A stretch of DNA of 48,438 bases from Chloroflexota bacterium (GTDB lineage: Bacteria > Chloroflexota > Limnocylindria > QHBO01). The translations under genes and the position numbers were made by a program. The notes under the pieces were generated by a model. That model was given only the letters and a program-made list of their open reading frames with translations. It was not told the origin of the DNA and searched no databases. The stretch covers positions 1 through 48,438 of the forward strand of contig JACDBS010000161.1 in NCBI GenBank assembly GCA_013694795.1, given 5' to 3'. Position 1 is the first letter of the stretch. Every line of letters begins with the position of its first letter. Positions 37,249 to 46,919 of the stretch are shown piece by piece.

Positions 37249-38627
37249 CTCGCGGCGTTCCCTCGGCGCTGGCGTAGCGCCTCGAAGCCGATGATGGCTG
37301 CCGCCGCGGCCGCCCCCAGGTCCGGCGCCTTATCCCGCCCGTAGCCGATGCGCACCTGGAGATCCGCCTGCTCCACGAATGAGCGCGTGACTCCACGCCG
37401 CTCGCCGCCGATGAGCAGGAACAGCCCGCCCGTCAGATCGGCCTCGTGCAGCTCTGATGCATGCGCGCCTGAGACGGCGCACGCAACCCGCATCCCGGCC
37501 ATGCGGCACGATGCGGCGGCGCTCTCGGCGCTCTCCGTCACGGCGGTCGGCAACAGCTCGCTGGCACCGGCCGAGGCCCTCGTCACCGTCGCCAGCGCCG
37601 TCTCCCAGCTGCGCCGCACGGCGAGGCCGCCCACGCCAGCGGCGTACAGCGCCCGGACGGCCTGGCCGAAGTTGAAGGGATCCTCGATGCCGTCGAGCAT
37701 GACCAGCAGGGACCCCTCCCCCACCTCTGCCAGCAGATCGGGCACCGAGCGCTCACGCCGCGCGCCGACCAGCGCGATGACGCCACCATGCGTCCGGCCG
37801 CTGGCGAGCTCATCGATGATGTCGGCCTCGACCCGATCGATGGTCACGCCGCGCGCGCGCGCCAGGGCACGGAGCCGACCCAGGCGGCGATCGCCGGGGC
37901 GCACGGCCCACACCCTCTGCACAGGTCGAGCGCCGGCCTCCAGGACCGCCTCGACCGAAACGTGGCCTTCAACCAGCATGGGCCATTGGTTCACCGGAAT
38001 CGAGCCGCGGTCCGGGCCATATGGGATGAGGTCGCCTTCGGCCAGGTACGGCGTTTCAGCGGCGACGGATGGCAGGCCGATCTCGGCGCGCCGTACCTCG
38101 AGCTTGGCGGCATCGGCTACGGGCAGCGGAAACTCCGGCTCGCCGTCTGAAGCCAGGATGACGATGGTGCCGTACGTCTGCTGCTCGCCGCCGACCGCAG
38201 CCACGCGATCGGTCAGCGTGGCGAGGTGGCGCGGGTCGGCGTCCCCGGAATCGACGGCCGCGCGAAGGAGCGGCAGCCATGCCCGGCGCTCCTCGTTGGA
38301 GCGGTCGGCATGCTGGGCCAGCATCCAGACGGCATCGGCCCCATCGGCTCCGACCCTGCGCAGCCCCGGCCAGCCGTCGGCGAGCAGATCAGTCAGGCGG
38401 TGAGCGTTTGCCTCGTTCACGCCGAGCAGCGTGGCACCCTCGGGCGGCGCATCCTCCCACTCCGCCAAGGCGGCGATGAGCGGGGTGACCGGGCCGCCCA
38501 AACGTCGATCGAGCTCAGCTTCGAGCGCAGGCTCGTCGGCGACGCGGGAGAACAAGGCATCCGCGGCGGCCAGCTCGCGGGCGGCCATGTCGAGCAGCTC
38601 GTCGCGCAGGCCGCGATCCTGTACCAC
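37245..38627 (-). CDS. Fusion protein: DUF6624-like N-terminal domain + SpoU/TrmH-family RNA 2'-O-methyltransferase
   Basis: C-terminal SPOUT motifs LLVMLDGIEDPFNFGQAVRALYAAG, LFLLIGGERRGV, DLGAAAAAAIIGFE. N-terminal ~200 aa carry GWPGLRRVGADGADAVWMLAQHAD..YGT. The GTG start abuts the hflX stop. Confidence 0.85.
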   Translation of the reverse strand: MVQDRGLRDELLDMAARELAAADALFSRVADEPALEAELDRRLGGPVTPLIAALAEWEDAPPEGATLLGVNEANAHRLTDLLADGWPGLRRVGADGADAVWMLAQHADRSNEERRAWLPLLRAAVDSGDADPRHLATLTDRVAAVGGEQQTYGTIVILASDGEPEFPLPVADAAKLEVRRAEIGLPSVAAETPYLAEGDLIPYGPDRGSIPVNQWPMLVEGHVSVEAVLEAGARPVQRVWAVRPGDRRLGRLRALARARGVTIDRVEADIIDELASGRTHGGVIALVGARRERSVPDLLAEVGEGSLLVMLDGIEDPFNFGQAVRALYAAGVGGLAVRRSWETALATVTRASAGASELLPTAVTESAESAAASCRMAGMRVACAVSGAHASELHEADLTGGLFLLIGGERRGVTRSFVEQADLQVRIGYGRDKAPDLGAAAAAAIIGFEALRQRRGNAAS

Positions 38628-39932
38628 TCAGGCTTGGCGTGACGAGGCGGAACGCCGCCTGCCGTTGCGGCCAGCTGCGGTCAGCTCTGAGGCGATGGCC
38701 GGCGGCAGGTGTCCGCTGACACGGACCCCAGTCTCCTCGTAGTTCTGCTCGACGTCACCGGAGCTGCGAGCGCGAGCCACGAGCTCGCCGAGCTCATAGG
38801 GCACGACCGCGTCAACGGCCACCATCGTGCCGCGCAACGCCTCCGCGATGCGCTCCCGCAGCAAGTCGAGACCCTCCCCCGTCATGGCGCTGACGAATGC
38901 GGTCGTCTCGCTGGCCGGCGGGGCGCCCCCATCGGCCGGCAGGAGGTCGATCTTGTTGAAAACGGTGATGCGCGGCTTGTCGCCCGCGCCAAGCTCGTCG
39001 AGGACGCTCTGTACGGCGGCCTGCTGACCGACGAAGTCGAGGTCAGCGGCGTCGACCACCTCCAGCAGCAGATCGGCCCGCTTGACCTCCTCCAGCGTGG
39101 CACGGAATGCGTCGACCAGGTCGTGGGGCAGCTTGTTGATGAATCCGACCGTATCGGTGACCACCACTTCGCGCCCGCTGGGCAGGGTGACCTGGCGGCT
39201 GGTCGGATCGAGCGTGGCGAACAGCATGTCGGCGACGTACAGGTCGGCATCGGCGAGGGCGTTGAGCAGCGTGCTCTTGCCGGCATTCGTGTAGCCAACC
39301 AGCGCGACGCTGGCAACGTGGTTCCGGTCTCGCTTGCGGGCTGCCGTGGCCCGATGGCGCTCCACGTCGGCAAGCTCGGCCCTCACCTTCTTGATCTTGT
39401 CGCGGATGAGGCGCCGGTCCGTCTCGAGCTGGCTCTCGCCGGGTCCGCGCGTGCCAATCCCGCCGCCGGTGCGCGACAGGTGGGTCCACATCCGCGTCAG
39501 GCGCGGGAGGTGATACTCGAGTGCGGCCAGCTCGACCTGGAGGCGGCCTTCCTTGGTCTTCGCGTGGCGCCCAAAGATGTCGATGATCAGTGCCGAACGG
39601 TCGAGCACCTTGCAATCGAGCAGCTTCTCGAGGCTGCGCTGCTGATTCGGCGCCAGCTCATCGTCGACGATGAGCAGGTTGAAGTCGCTGGCCACCTTCT
39701 CATCCAGCAGCTCGGCTGCGCGACCTTTACCGAAGTACCAGACCGGGTCGGGGCTCGGTCGACGCTGAGAAGCGCGGCCCACCACGGTGGCGCCGGCGGT
39801 CTCGGCCAGCGCGGCAAGCTCCGCCAGGGAGCGGCCCACCGGCCATCGGCTGTCGGACGGATCGTCGAGTCCGATGAGGAAGGCGCGCTCGACCGCGGTG
39901 GTGAGGTCGATGGTGCGTGCGCGTTCGGACAT
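38628..39932 (-). CDS. hflX: GTPase HflX
   Basis: HflX N-domain (IFGRHAKTKEGRLQVELAALEYHLPRL, GPGESQLETDRR). G domain VALVGYTNAGKSTLLNAL, DTVGF, NKID. Confidence 0.95.
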   Translation of the reverse strand: MSERARTIDLTTAVERAFLIGLDDPSDSRWPVGRSLAELAALAETAGATVVGRASQRRPSPDPVWYFGKGRAAELLDEKVASDFNLLIVDDELAPNQQRSLEKLLDCKVLDRSALIIDIFGRHAKTKEGRLQVELAALEYHLPRLTRMWTHLSRTGGGIGTRGPGESQLETDRRLIRDKIKKVRAELADVERHRATAARKRDRNHVASVALVGYTNAGKSTLLNALADADLYVADMLFATLDPTSRQVTLPSGREVVVTDTVGFINKLPHDLVDAFRATLEEVKRADLLLEVVDAADLDFVGQQAAVQSVLDELGAGDKPRITVFNKIDLLPADGGAPPASETTAFVSAMTGEGLDLLRERIAEALRGTMVAVDAVVPYELGELVARARSSGDVEQNYEETGVRVSGHLPPAIASELTAAGRNGRRRSASSRQA

Positions 39933-39943
39933 ATGTCGAGCTC

Positions 39944-39972
39944 ATGGTATCCGATAGGTACGAAGGTCCCAA
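39944..39972 (-). promoter_or_regulatory. Candidate hflX promoter (TTGGGA-N17-TACCAT) giving a very short leader
   Basis: The minus-strand -35 is the complement of 39967-39972 and the -10 is the complement of 39944-39949. The -10 ends 11 nt before the hflX ATG. Confidence 0.3.
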
Positions 39973-40043
39973 TTGCCACAATGCCGCCGCTCTGCGATAC
40001 CAGACCTCACCGGATCAAACAGGGGCACTCGGAGACGGCCTGC

Positions 40044-41642
40044 GTGGCTTCCACAAATCCCAGCGCGACGCGCCCTACCGCCAGTGCAGGCGGTCTGACA
40101 CGACGCCTTCTTGCCGGGGCCGTGCTCGCCGTGCTCGTCTTCGCGTCCGTCCACCGGCTCAGTCTGGCGCTGCTCGCGAATGACGAGGCGACCGCGATCG
40201 TCGTCGCATCGGTGAGTGCCATCGCCTTCGCCGCGCTCGCTCTGCGGCGCACCATCACACCGCTGCTGGCGACCCAGGCGGATCTCCAGGTCCGCTACGA
40301 GGCGGCGCTGGCCGACGCCCTGCTCGATCCCCTGACCGGCCTCGGCAATCATCGGGCGTTCCACGAGGAGCTGGACCGCCAGGTTGCGGCTTCGCTGCGC
40401 TACGAGGCACCACTTGCGCTCCTGCTCATCGACCTCGACGAGTTCAAGGCCATCAATGATGGCCGCGGTCATGCCGGCGGCGATCGAGTTCTGCGCGGGT
40501 TCGGCGAGCTGCTCGGCACTTCAATGCGACTGGTGGATCGGGCCTTCCGTGTCGGAGGAGACGAATTTGCCGTGCTCCTTCCGCATACGGATGTCGAGGG
40601 CGCCCGGGTCGCCGCTCGTAGGCTGCTGGCCCAGGCGCTGCAGCCGAGTGCCCGCAGCAGCAACCTTGAAGTGATCTCGTTTTCGGGTGGCATCTCGGCT
40701 CTGCCGGAGCTCGCGCTCGGACCGGCACAGTTGTATTCACAGGCCGATGCGGCCCTGTACGCGGCCAAGCGCGGTGGCCGGACCGACATCGCGACCTTCG
40801 ATCCCACGATGGCCGCCGAACGTGAGGACTCCGACACGTCGTCCTCCGCCGTGGCGGAGGTGATCGCCCGCGGCCAGCTGCGCGCGGTGTATCAGCCGAT
40901 CGTCTCCCTCGCCAGCGGACACATCATCGGTGTCGAAGGCCTGATTCGACCGATGCCGCCGGCACCGTTCGCCAACCCCGCCGAGCTTTTCGCGGCAGCG
41001 GAGGCGAATGGACGGCTCGTTCAACTGGACCTGGCGTGCATCGAGACGATTGTGGCAGGGGCGCGCGACCTGCCGTCGGACCAATTTCTCAGCGTCAACC
41101 TCACGCCTTCGACCGCCGAGGCGCCCGAGTTCGGCAGCGGCGCCCTCCTTGCCGTCCTGGCGCGGCATGGGTTCCCGCCGGATCGGCTCGTGGTCGAGCT
41201 CACCGAGGGACAGCAGCTGCACGATCTGAATCGCGTTCGATCGCGGCTGGGGGCCTGCCGTCGAGCGGGGATTCGCTTTGCCGCGGACGATATCGGGGCC
41301 GGCAACGCCGGCCTGCGGCTCCTTGCCGAGATCCGCTTCGACGTCCTCAAGGTGGACCTGACGCTGGTGCAGCGCAGCGCGTCCGAGGGACAGTCCAGCG
41401 CCGTCCTCAGCTCGGTGGTCGAGCTTGCTGCACGCACCGGCGCGCTCGTGATCGCCGAGGGCATCGAGTACGAGCGACAGCTCGACCCCCTGCGAGCCTT
41501 GGGGATCACGGTCGGACAGGGCTTCTACCTTGGTCGGCCCGGTCCGTTGGTCCCCGCGGTCGCTGCACGCCAGATCCCGGAGGTACCCCTCGCCGGCGTC
41601 TCCGCCTGGCGGCAGTCGATGGGCCTGCCCTCGGTCAGGTGA
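40044..41642 (+). CDS. Membrane-anchored GGDEF-EAL protein (diguanylate cyclase/phosphodiesterase)
   Basis: Two TM helices. GGDEF domain (LTGLGNHRAF, RVGGDEFAVLL, with an RLVD I-site 5 aa upstream). EAL domain (VEGLIRP, SVNLT, VVELTE, DDIGAG, KVD, AEGIE, GQGFYLGRP). Start is uncertain: GTG 40044 has GGAGA 8 nt upstream; ATG 39981 and 39933 are alternatives. The upstream part of the 977-aa track ORF is antisense to hflX. Confidence 0.88.
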   Translation: MASTNPSATRPTASAGGLTRRLLAGAVLAVLVFASVHRLSLALLANDEATAIVVASVSAIAFAALALRRTITPLLATQADLQVRYEAALADALLDPLTGLGNHRAFHEELDRQVAASLRYEAPLALLLIDLDEFKAINDGRGHAGGDRVLRGFGELLGTSMRLVDRAFRVGGDEFAVLLPHTDVEGARVAARRLLAQALQPSARSSNLEVISFSGGISALPELALGPAQLYSQADAALYAAKRGGRTDIATFDPTMAAEREDSDTSSSAVAEVIARGQLRAVYQPIVSLASGHIIGVEGLIRPMPPAPFANPAELFAAAEANGRLVQLDLACIETIVAGARDLPSDQFLSVNLTPSTAEAPEFGSGALLAVLARHGFPPDRLVVELTEGQQLHDLNRVRSRLGACRRAGIRFAADDIGAGNAGLRLLAEIRFDVLKVDLTLVQRSASEGQSSAVLSSVVELAARTGALVIAEGIEYERQLDPLRALGITVGQGFYLGRPGPLVPAVAARQIPEVPLAGVSAWRQSMGLPSVR

Positions 41643-42579
41643 GCGCGGCGCGTACGATCCCCTCGACCCGTACGACCAGCTCCGGGACATTCGCCGGCAA
41701 CTCGCCGGCCGGGACCCACAGGATGCGCGTGTCACGCCGGAACCACGTGAGCTGGCGCTTCGCATATTGGCGCGTGCGCCTGGCCGTGACGTCGAGAGCC
41801 TGTTCAAGGCTCCACTCCCCCGCCAGGTGACGGGCCGCTTCGCCGTATCCGTGCCCGGTCATCGGGTGCAGGTCGGTTCCATATCCGGCCTCGAGCAGTT
41901 CTCTCACCTCCTCCAGAAGACCCCCGCCTTCGAACATCTGTCTCGCACGCTCATCGATACGTTTGTACAGCACCGCTCGTGGCCGGCTGATGCCGATGAG
42001 ACCCAGCCGCCCGGCGTAGGGCTTCAGCGTCGGCACCGGTCCCCCACCATCGAGGCGCTCCAGCGCCCGAAGCACCCGCCTTGGGTTGCGGGCGTCGATC
42101 CGCTCCGCCCAGGCGGGGTCCAGGTTGCGCAGGCGAGCGGCCAATTGCTCGAGGCCCTCGGCCTCGAGCTCATCGGTCAGGCGCTGACGGAGCTCGGGCG
42201 TCTGTCGCTGGGCAGCGTAGTCGTGCCCGTCGACCAACGCCGACACGTACAGCCCGGTGCCGCCGACGACCATCGGCAGATTTCCCCGCCCGACGATCTC
42301 CGGGACGAGCTCGCGAGCGCGCGCGACCCATTGGGCGACGCTGAAGGCCTCGTCCGGCTGGACGAGGTCAAGCAGATGATGCGGCACGGCGCGCTGCGCC
42401 GCGGCGTCGGGCTTCGCCGTCCCGATGTCCATGCCGCGATACACCTGTCGCGAGTCCGCGACGAGAATCTCGACCGACAGGCGTCGCGCAAGGGCCAGCG
42501 CCAGGTCAGTCTTGCCCGAGCCTGTCGGCCCGACGATGGCCACCAGCGGCGATGGAGCGGACGACGAGCCGCGCCCCAA
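41635..42579 (-). CDS. miaA: tRNA dimethylallyltransferase MiaA
   Basis: VAIVGPTGSGKTDLAL, ADSRQVYRGMDIGTAKP, VGGTGLY. Confidence 0.94.
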   Translation of the reverse strand: MGRGSSSAPSPLVAIVGPTGSGKTDLALALARRLSVEILVADSRQVYRGMDIGTAKPDAAAQRAVPHHLLDLVQPDEAFSVAQWVARARELVPEIVGRGNLPMVVGGTGLYVSALVDGHDYAAQRQTPELRQRLTDELEAEGLEQLAARLRNLDPAWAERIDARNPRRVLRALERLDGGGPVPTLKPYAGRLGLIGISRPRAVLYKRIDERARQMFEGGGLLEEVRELLEAGYGTDLHPMTGHGYGEAARHLAGEWSLEQALDVTARRTRQYAKRQLTWFRRDTRILWVPAGELPANVPELVVRVEGIVRAALT

Positions 42580-42583
42580 CGCC

Positions 42584-43393
42584 CTACACCTCGATCAGGC
42601 GCTGGACACGCTCGATGGCGCTGGCGCGACCGGTGCCGGGCGACGCGGTGATCACCACCGCATTCAGCGAAACGGGACCATCGGCGACGGCAAAGCGGGT
42701 CGGAAGATGGCGGGTGAAGCGCGGCAAGACGGTTTCGAGCGAGAAGCCGATGATCGAGTCGCGCGGCCCGGTCATGCCGACGTCGCTGATGTAGGCGGTG
42801 CCCTTGGGCAGGATGCGGGCATCGGCGGTGGGAACGTGGGTGTGGGTGCCCACCACGCCGGACACCCGTCCATCGAGATACCAGCCCATGGCGTTCTTCT
42901 CGGAGGTGATCTCGCAGTGGAAGTCCAGGATCCGGATCGGCGGCAGAGGGTCCGCGGCGCCGTCCAGCAGGTCGTCAAGCTTGGTGAACGGTGAATCGAG
43001 CTGGTTCATGAAGACTCGACCCATGGCATTGATGACGGCGATCTCGTCGCCCTCATCGGTGTGGTGGACGAGCCAGCCACGCCCGGGAGCCTCGTCGGGG
43101 TAGTTGATCGGTCGCAGGACGGGCCGATCTGTGTCGAGGTAGTCGTAGATCTCGCGCTTGTCCCAGATGTGGTTGCCGCTCGTGATGACGTCGATCCCAC
43201 CGCCCAGCAGCTCCTCCGCCAGGCTGGGCGTGAGACCGGCGCCCGCGGCGGTGTTTTCGCCATTGGCGATGACCACGTCAAGCTCGAACTCGCGCCGCAG
43301 CTCCGGGAGCGCCTGCATCACCGCCAGCCGACCTGGCTTGCCGATGATGTCGCCGATGACGCAGATGCGGACACCGCCGTCGGCGGAGCTCAC
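42584..43393 (-). CDS. ymdB: YmdB-like metallophosphoesterase (TIGR00282 family; 2',3'-cyclic-nucleotide 2'-phosphodiesterase)
   Basis: [54 protein letters not shown] overlaps the rny stop (GTGA). Confidence 0.9.
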   Translation of the reverse strand: MSSADGGVRICVIGDIIGKPGRLAVMQALPELRREFELDVVIANGENTAAGAGLTPSLAEELLGGGIDVITSGNHIWDKREIYDYLDTDRPVLRPINYPDEAPGRGWLVHHTDEGDEIAVINAMGRVFMNQLDSPFTKLDDLLDGAADPLPPIRILDFHCEITSEKNAMGWYLDGRVSGVVGTHTHVPTADARILPKGTAYISDVGMTGPRDSIIGFSLETVLPRFTRHLPTRFAVADGPVSLNAVVITASPGTGRASAIERVQRLIEV

Positions 43394-44919
43394 CGGGCGT
43401 AATCGACGGCGCGCGTCTCGCGGATGACGGTGACCTTTATCTGCCCCGGGTACTGGAGCTGTTCCTCGATCTTCTTCACGACGTCGCGCGCCAGCCTGCT
43501 TGACGCGAGGTCATCGATATCGGCGGGACGAACGAGAATGCGGATCTCGCGGCCGGCCTGGATGGCGAAGCAGCGCTCGACGCCCGGGAAGCTGAGCGCG
43601 ATCTGCTGAAGATCGTCCAGGCGCTTGACGTAATTGTCCAGGCTTTCGCCGCGAGCGCCGGGCCGCGAGGCGCTGATTGCATCGGCGATCTGCACGACCG
43701 TCGCCTCGACCGACTCCTGTTCCACCTCCTGGTGGTGCGCCGCGATGCAGTTGCAGACCACGGCATTGACGCCGAAGCGCTTGGCGATGTCGCCACCGAT
43801 GAGCGCGTGCGGCCCTTCGACCTCGTGATCGACCGCTTTGCCGATGTCGTGCAGCAGGCCGCCCTTCTTGGACTCGCTCACGTTGGCGCCGATCTCGGCC
43901 GCCAACAGACCAGCCAGACGCCCCGTCTCAATGCAGTGGTCGAGCACGTTCTGGCCATAGCTGGTGCGGTACTTCAGGCGGCCGAGAAGCTTGATGAGCT
44001 CGGGATGCAGGCCCGGCACACCGGCGTCATAGGCCGCCTGTTCCCCGGCCTGGCGCATGACCACCTCGATTTCGGAACGGCACTTGGCCACGGTCTCCTC
44101 GATGCGGCCTGGATGGATGCGTCCGTCGCTGATGAGCTTGAGCAGCGCCATGCGCGCGACCTCGCGGCGGACCGGGTCGAATCCGGAGAGCACGACCGCC
44201 TCCGGCGTGTCGTCGATGATGAGATCGACACCAGTCGCCTGCTCCAGCGCGCGGATGTTGCGGCCCTCGCGCCCGATGATGCGTCCCTTCATCTCTTCGT
44301 TCGGCAGCGGAACGACGGTGATCGTGGTCTCGGAGGTGTGGTCGGCAGCGATGCGCTGCATGACCGTGGTCAAGACGCGGCGAGCCTTGACTTCGCCCTC
44401 CTCATGGGCGTGGCGCTCGATCTCGCGCACGCGGTGCTGCGCCTCGGCCTGTGCTTCGTCCACGATCTGGCCGATCAGGCTCTGCCTCGCCTCGGCGGCG
44501 GTGAATCCGGAGACACGCTCAAGTTCGAGGACCTGGCGCTGCTGAAGCTCGGCCAGGCGGACCCGTTCGGCGTCGATCTCCGCGAGGCGGTTCGACAGGG
44601 CACTCTCGCGTTCCTCGAGGGCGGCCACCTTGCGGTCGTGCGCCTCCTCGCGATCGAGCAGGCGCCTTTCCGAGCGCTGGAGCGTCGCGCGCTGCTCGCG
44701 CGCTTCCTCCTCGGCGGCGCGGCGCAACTGAAGGGCCTCGTCCTTTCCGTCGAGGACGATCTCCTTCTGCTTGGCTCGCCCGTCTGCCAGGAGCCGCTGT
44801 GCATGTTGCTCAGCGTGCTTCACGGCATTCGTGGCGACGAACTGGCGCGCCACGAAGCCGATGAGCACGCCGGAGACGACGGCAACGGCCGCCACCATGA
44901 TGACGACGAATTCAGGCAT
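43390..44919 (-). CDS. rny: Ribonuclease Y
   Basis: ATG at 44919, with GGGAG 5 nt upstream. N-terminal TM helix, coiled coil, KH ([15 protein letters not shown]), HD ([12 protein letters not shown]). The track start 44979 is an extension. Confidence 0.94.
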   Translation of the reverse strand: MPEFVVIMVAAVAVVSGVLIGFVARQFVATNAVKHAEQHAQRLLADGRAKQKEIVLDGKDEALQLRRAAEEEAREQRATLQRSERRLLDREEAHDRKVAALEERESALSNRLAEIDAERVRLAELQQRQVLELERVSGFTAAEARQSLIGQIVDEAQAEAQHRVREIERHAHEEGEVKARRVLTTVMQRIAADHTSETTITVVPLPNEEMKGRIIGREGRNIRALEQATGVDLIIDDTPEAVVLSGFDPVRREVARMALLKLISDGRIHPGRIEETVAKCRSEIEVVMRQAGEQAAYDAGVPGLHPELIKLLGRLKYRTSYGQNVLDHCIETGRLAGLLAAEIGANVSESKKGGLLHDIGKAVDHEVEGPHALIGGDIAKRFGVNAVVCNCIAAHHQEVEQESVEATVVQIADAISASRPGARGESLDNYVKRLDDLQQIALSFPGVERCFAIQAGREIRILVRPADIDDLASSRLARDVVKKIEEQLQYPGQIKVTVIRETRAVDYAR

Positions 44920-45072
44920 TTCGGCTCCCGCTACGCGTTGGAGCCCGTATGGGCGGTGTCGCGCCCGCATCGCGGGCACGTCGGTCGATCGATCAGGTGG
45001 GCCGTTCGGGCCCGGAAAAGGCGAGTGTAGCGCAAAGGGACCTCTCCCTCCCAGACGCGGCTCGGAGCGAGG

Positions 45073-46026
45073 TCAGCCTGCGAAGATGCGGCCCATCAGA
45101 CGCACGTGGTCGAGATCGCGCGGCAAGAAATCCTGGAGCATGATGCGCTGCGTACCGTTCTTCTCGAGCGCCCGCACTCGGGCGTGCGCCTCGTCAGGCG
45201 TGCCCATGATCCAGCGCTTGCGTCGCTCCTCCAGCCAGGCCTCGCCATCCTCGTCGCCCTGCCCCAGGGCGGTTAGCAGGTCGGCGACTCGGATCCGCAG
45301 GTCAGCTTCGGTCTCGGCCACGAGCACACCGGTCATCGCCGAGTAGACGATCTCGTCCGGGTCGCGCCCGATCTTCCGCGCGGCGGCCCACACACGTGCA
45401 TAGGCCGGCGATGCGTCGTCAGGCGATGCGGAATTGAGGTTGAACTCGTCGCCGTAGCGCGCCACCAGCGCGGCCAGACGCGGGCCACCCTTGCCGCCGA
45501 ACAGGATGTGCGGATGCCGCCGGCCGCCGCGAGCGATCTGCCCATGGGCACGAGAGCCGCGCACCTGCCAGTAACTGCCCTCGAAGGTCCAGCCGTCGGG
45601 TTCGGTCCACAGGCCATGAATGATCGCCATCTGCTCGGCGAGCCTGTCGTAACGCTTGGCGATGGGAGGGAATGCGATGCCCAACTGGGCATGCTCGTCC
45701 GCATTCCAGCCGGCGCCGAATCCAGCCTCGACCCGTCCGCCGCTCATTTCGTCGACCGTCTGGATCACCTTGGCGAAGGTGCCCGGCACCCGGAAGGTCA
45801 CTGGTGAGACGAGAACTCCCAGTCGAATCGTGCTCGTCTCGCGGGCCAGGCCAGCGAGCGTCGCCCATGCCTCGGTCGTCGGCAGGCCGGCCTCGCCCGG
45901 AAAGCTGGCGAAATGATCGGAGCGGAAGAATGCCTCGATCCCCGCCCCTTCGGCCGCTCGCGCAAGGCTGAGGATCTCGTCGTACGACAGCCCCTGCTGG
46001 GGCTCGGTCATGAGTGCGAATCGCAT
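45073..46026 (-). CDS. LLM-class F420-dependent oxidoreductase (Rv1855c-like family)
   Basis: MRFALMTEPQQGLSYDEILSLARAAEGAGIEAFFRSDHF and a luciferase-like TIM-barrel pattern. Family assigned from memory, not searched. Confidence 0.9.
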   Translation of the reverse strand: MRFALMTEPQQGLSYDEILSLARAAEGAGIEAFFRSDHFASFPGEAGLPTTEAWATLAGLARETSTIRLGVLVSPVTFRVPGTFAKVIQTVDEMSGGRVEAGFGAGWNADEHAQLGIAFPPIAKRYDRLAEQMAIIHGLWTEPDGWTFEGSYWQVRGSRAHGQIARGGRRHPHILFGGKGGPRLAALVARYGDEFNLNSASPDDASPAYARVWAAARKIGRDPDEIVYSAMTGVLVAETEADLRIRVADLLTALGQGDEDGEAWLEERRKRWIMGTPDEAHARVRALEKNGTQRIMLQDFLPRDLDHVRLMGRIFAG

Positions 46027-46074
46027 GCCGGTAAGCGTAGACGGCTGCGCCGTGCGGCGCGTCGAAGCCTCGAC

Positions 46075-46266
46075 TCAGATCTGGGTGGGGCGCCCGTAGC
46101 CCACGCGCGAGGCGCGCTCACGCCAGCGCGGCTCGGTGCTGCGCAGGCGGTCGGCGGGAGCGAGCAGGTCCTGCTCCTCCCAATCATTGGTCGATTCGGC
46201 AACCGGCCGTTCGAATGCGTCAGTCGGCAGGCTTCGATACTCTTCGAGCCAATCGGCAAGCTTCAT
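46075..46266 (-). CDS. Small hypothetical protein (63 aa)
   Basis: ORF MKLADWLEEYRSLP... with GC3 similar to its neighbours. GGAG lies 3 nt upstream of the ATG at 46266. No family recognised. Confidence 0.4.
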   Translation of the reverse strand: MKLADWLEEYRSLPTDAFERPVAESTNDWEEQDLLAPADRLRSTEPRWRERASRVGYGRPTQI

Positions 46267-46337
46267 TCGCTCCACCCTAGCAAGCAGGAGGCCAACAAGC
46301 ATCCGGGAAACTACGGGGTCTGCTACGGATTGGCGCC

Positions 46338-46910
46338 TCAGTGTCCCGGTGCCCCGATCTCGTCGGCGTTCCCGTCAGCATCGGCGCCAGCGGCCCGAAT
46401 CGTTGCGCGCACCGTATCCGGATCGAAGCCCCGGCGCATGAGAAACATCCCGATGCGCTGGAGAGACTTCGAGTCGGTCGGCAAGGGGCGCCCGTGCAGG
46501 TGCCGGTCGAGCGCTTCGCGCGCTCGCTCCGGCTCGCTCCCTGGCAGCGCCTGATCTTCCGGAGCGCGTGCCGGCGCGGCGTGCTCGCCGCGGTACGCCT
46601 CGATCACTTCACGCGGTACGCCGTGTTGACGCAGCTCCGCTTCGATCGCGCGCTGGCCGCGCGGCGCATGACGGTCACGCTGCTCACCCAGCCAGCGCGC
46701 GAAGGCGGCGTCATCGAGGTAGCCAAGTTCGGCAAGCCGCTCGAGCGTCGATTCCACGACGGGTTCCTCGACGCTGGCGCGGCGCAGCCGGCGTTCGATC
46801 TCCCATCTCGTCCGGGGACGTGTGCTGAGAAACCGCACCGCGATCTCCATCGCGGTCGAGGGATCGGGCGGCTCGGCCGATTCGCGCCGGCGAGAGCCGC
46901 GGTCGCGCAT
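46338..46910 (-). CDS. recX: Recombination regulator RecX
   Basis: Three-helix repeat pattern (AVRFLSTRPRTRWEIERRL, LGYLDDAAFARW, RAIEAELRQHGV). Sits 9 nt downstream of recA. Confidence 0.88.
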   Translation of the reverse strand: MRDRGSRRRESAEPPDPSTAMEIAVRFLSTRPRTRWEIERRLRRASVEEPVVESTLERLAELGYLDDAAFARWLGEQRDRHAPRGQRAIEAELRQHGVPREVIEAYRGEHAAPARAPEDQALPGSEPERAREALDRHLHGRPLPTDSKSLQRIGMFLMRRGFDPDTVRATIRAAGADADGNADEIGAPGH

Positions 46911-46919
46911 CGGTCTGGG

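Noticed and set aside
38709-39932. N-terminal ~410 aa of the 977-aa plus-strand ORF
   Set aside because: This part is exactly antisense to hflX and has no motifs. Only the portion downstream of the hflX start, with TM helices plus GGDEF plus EAL, looks like a real protein.
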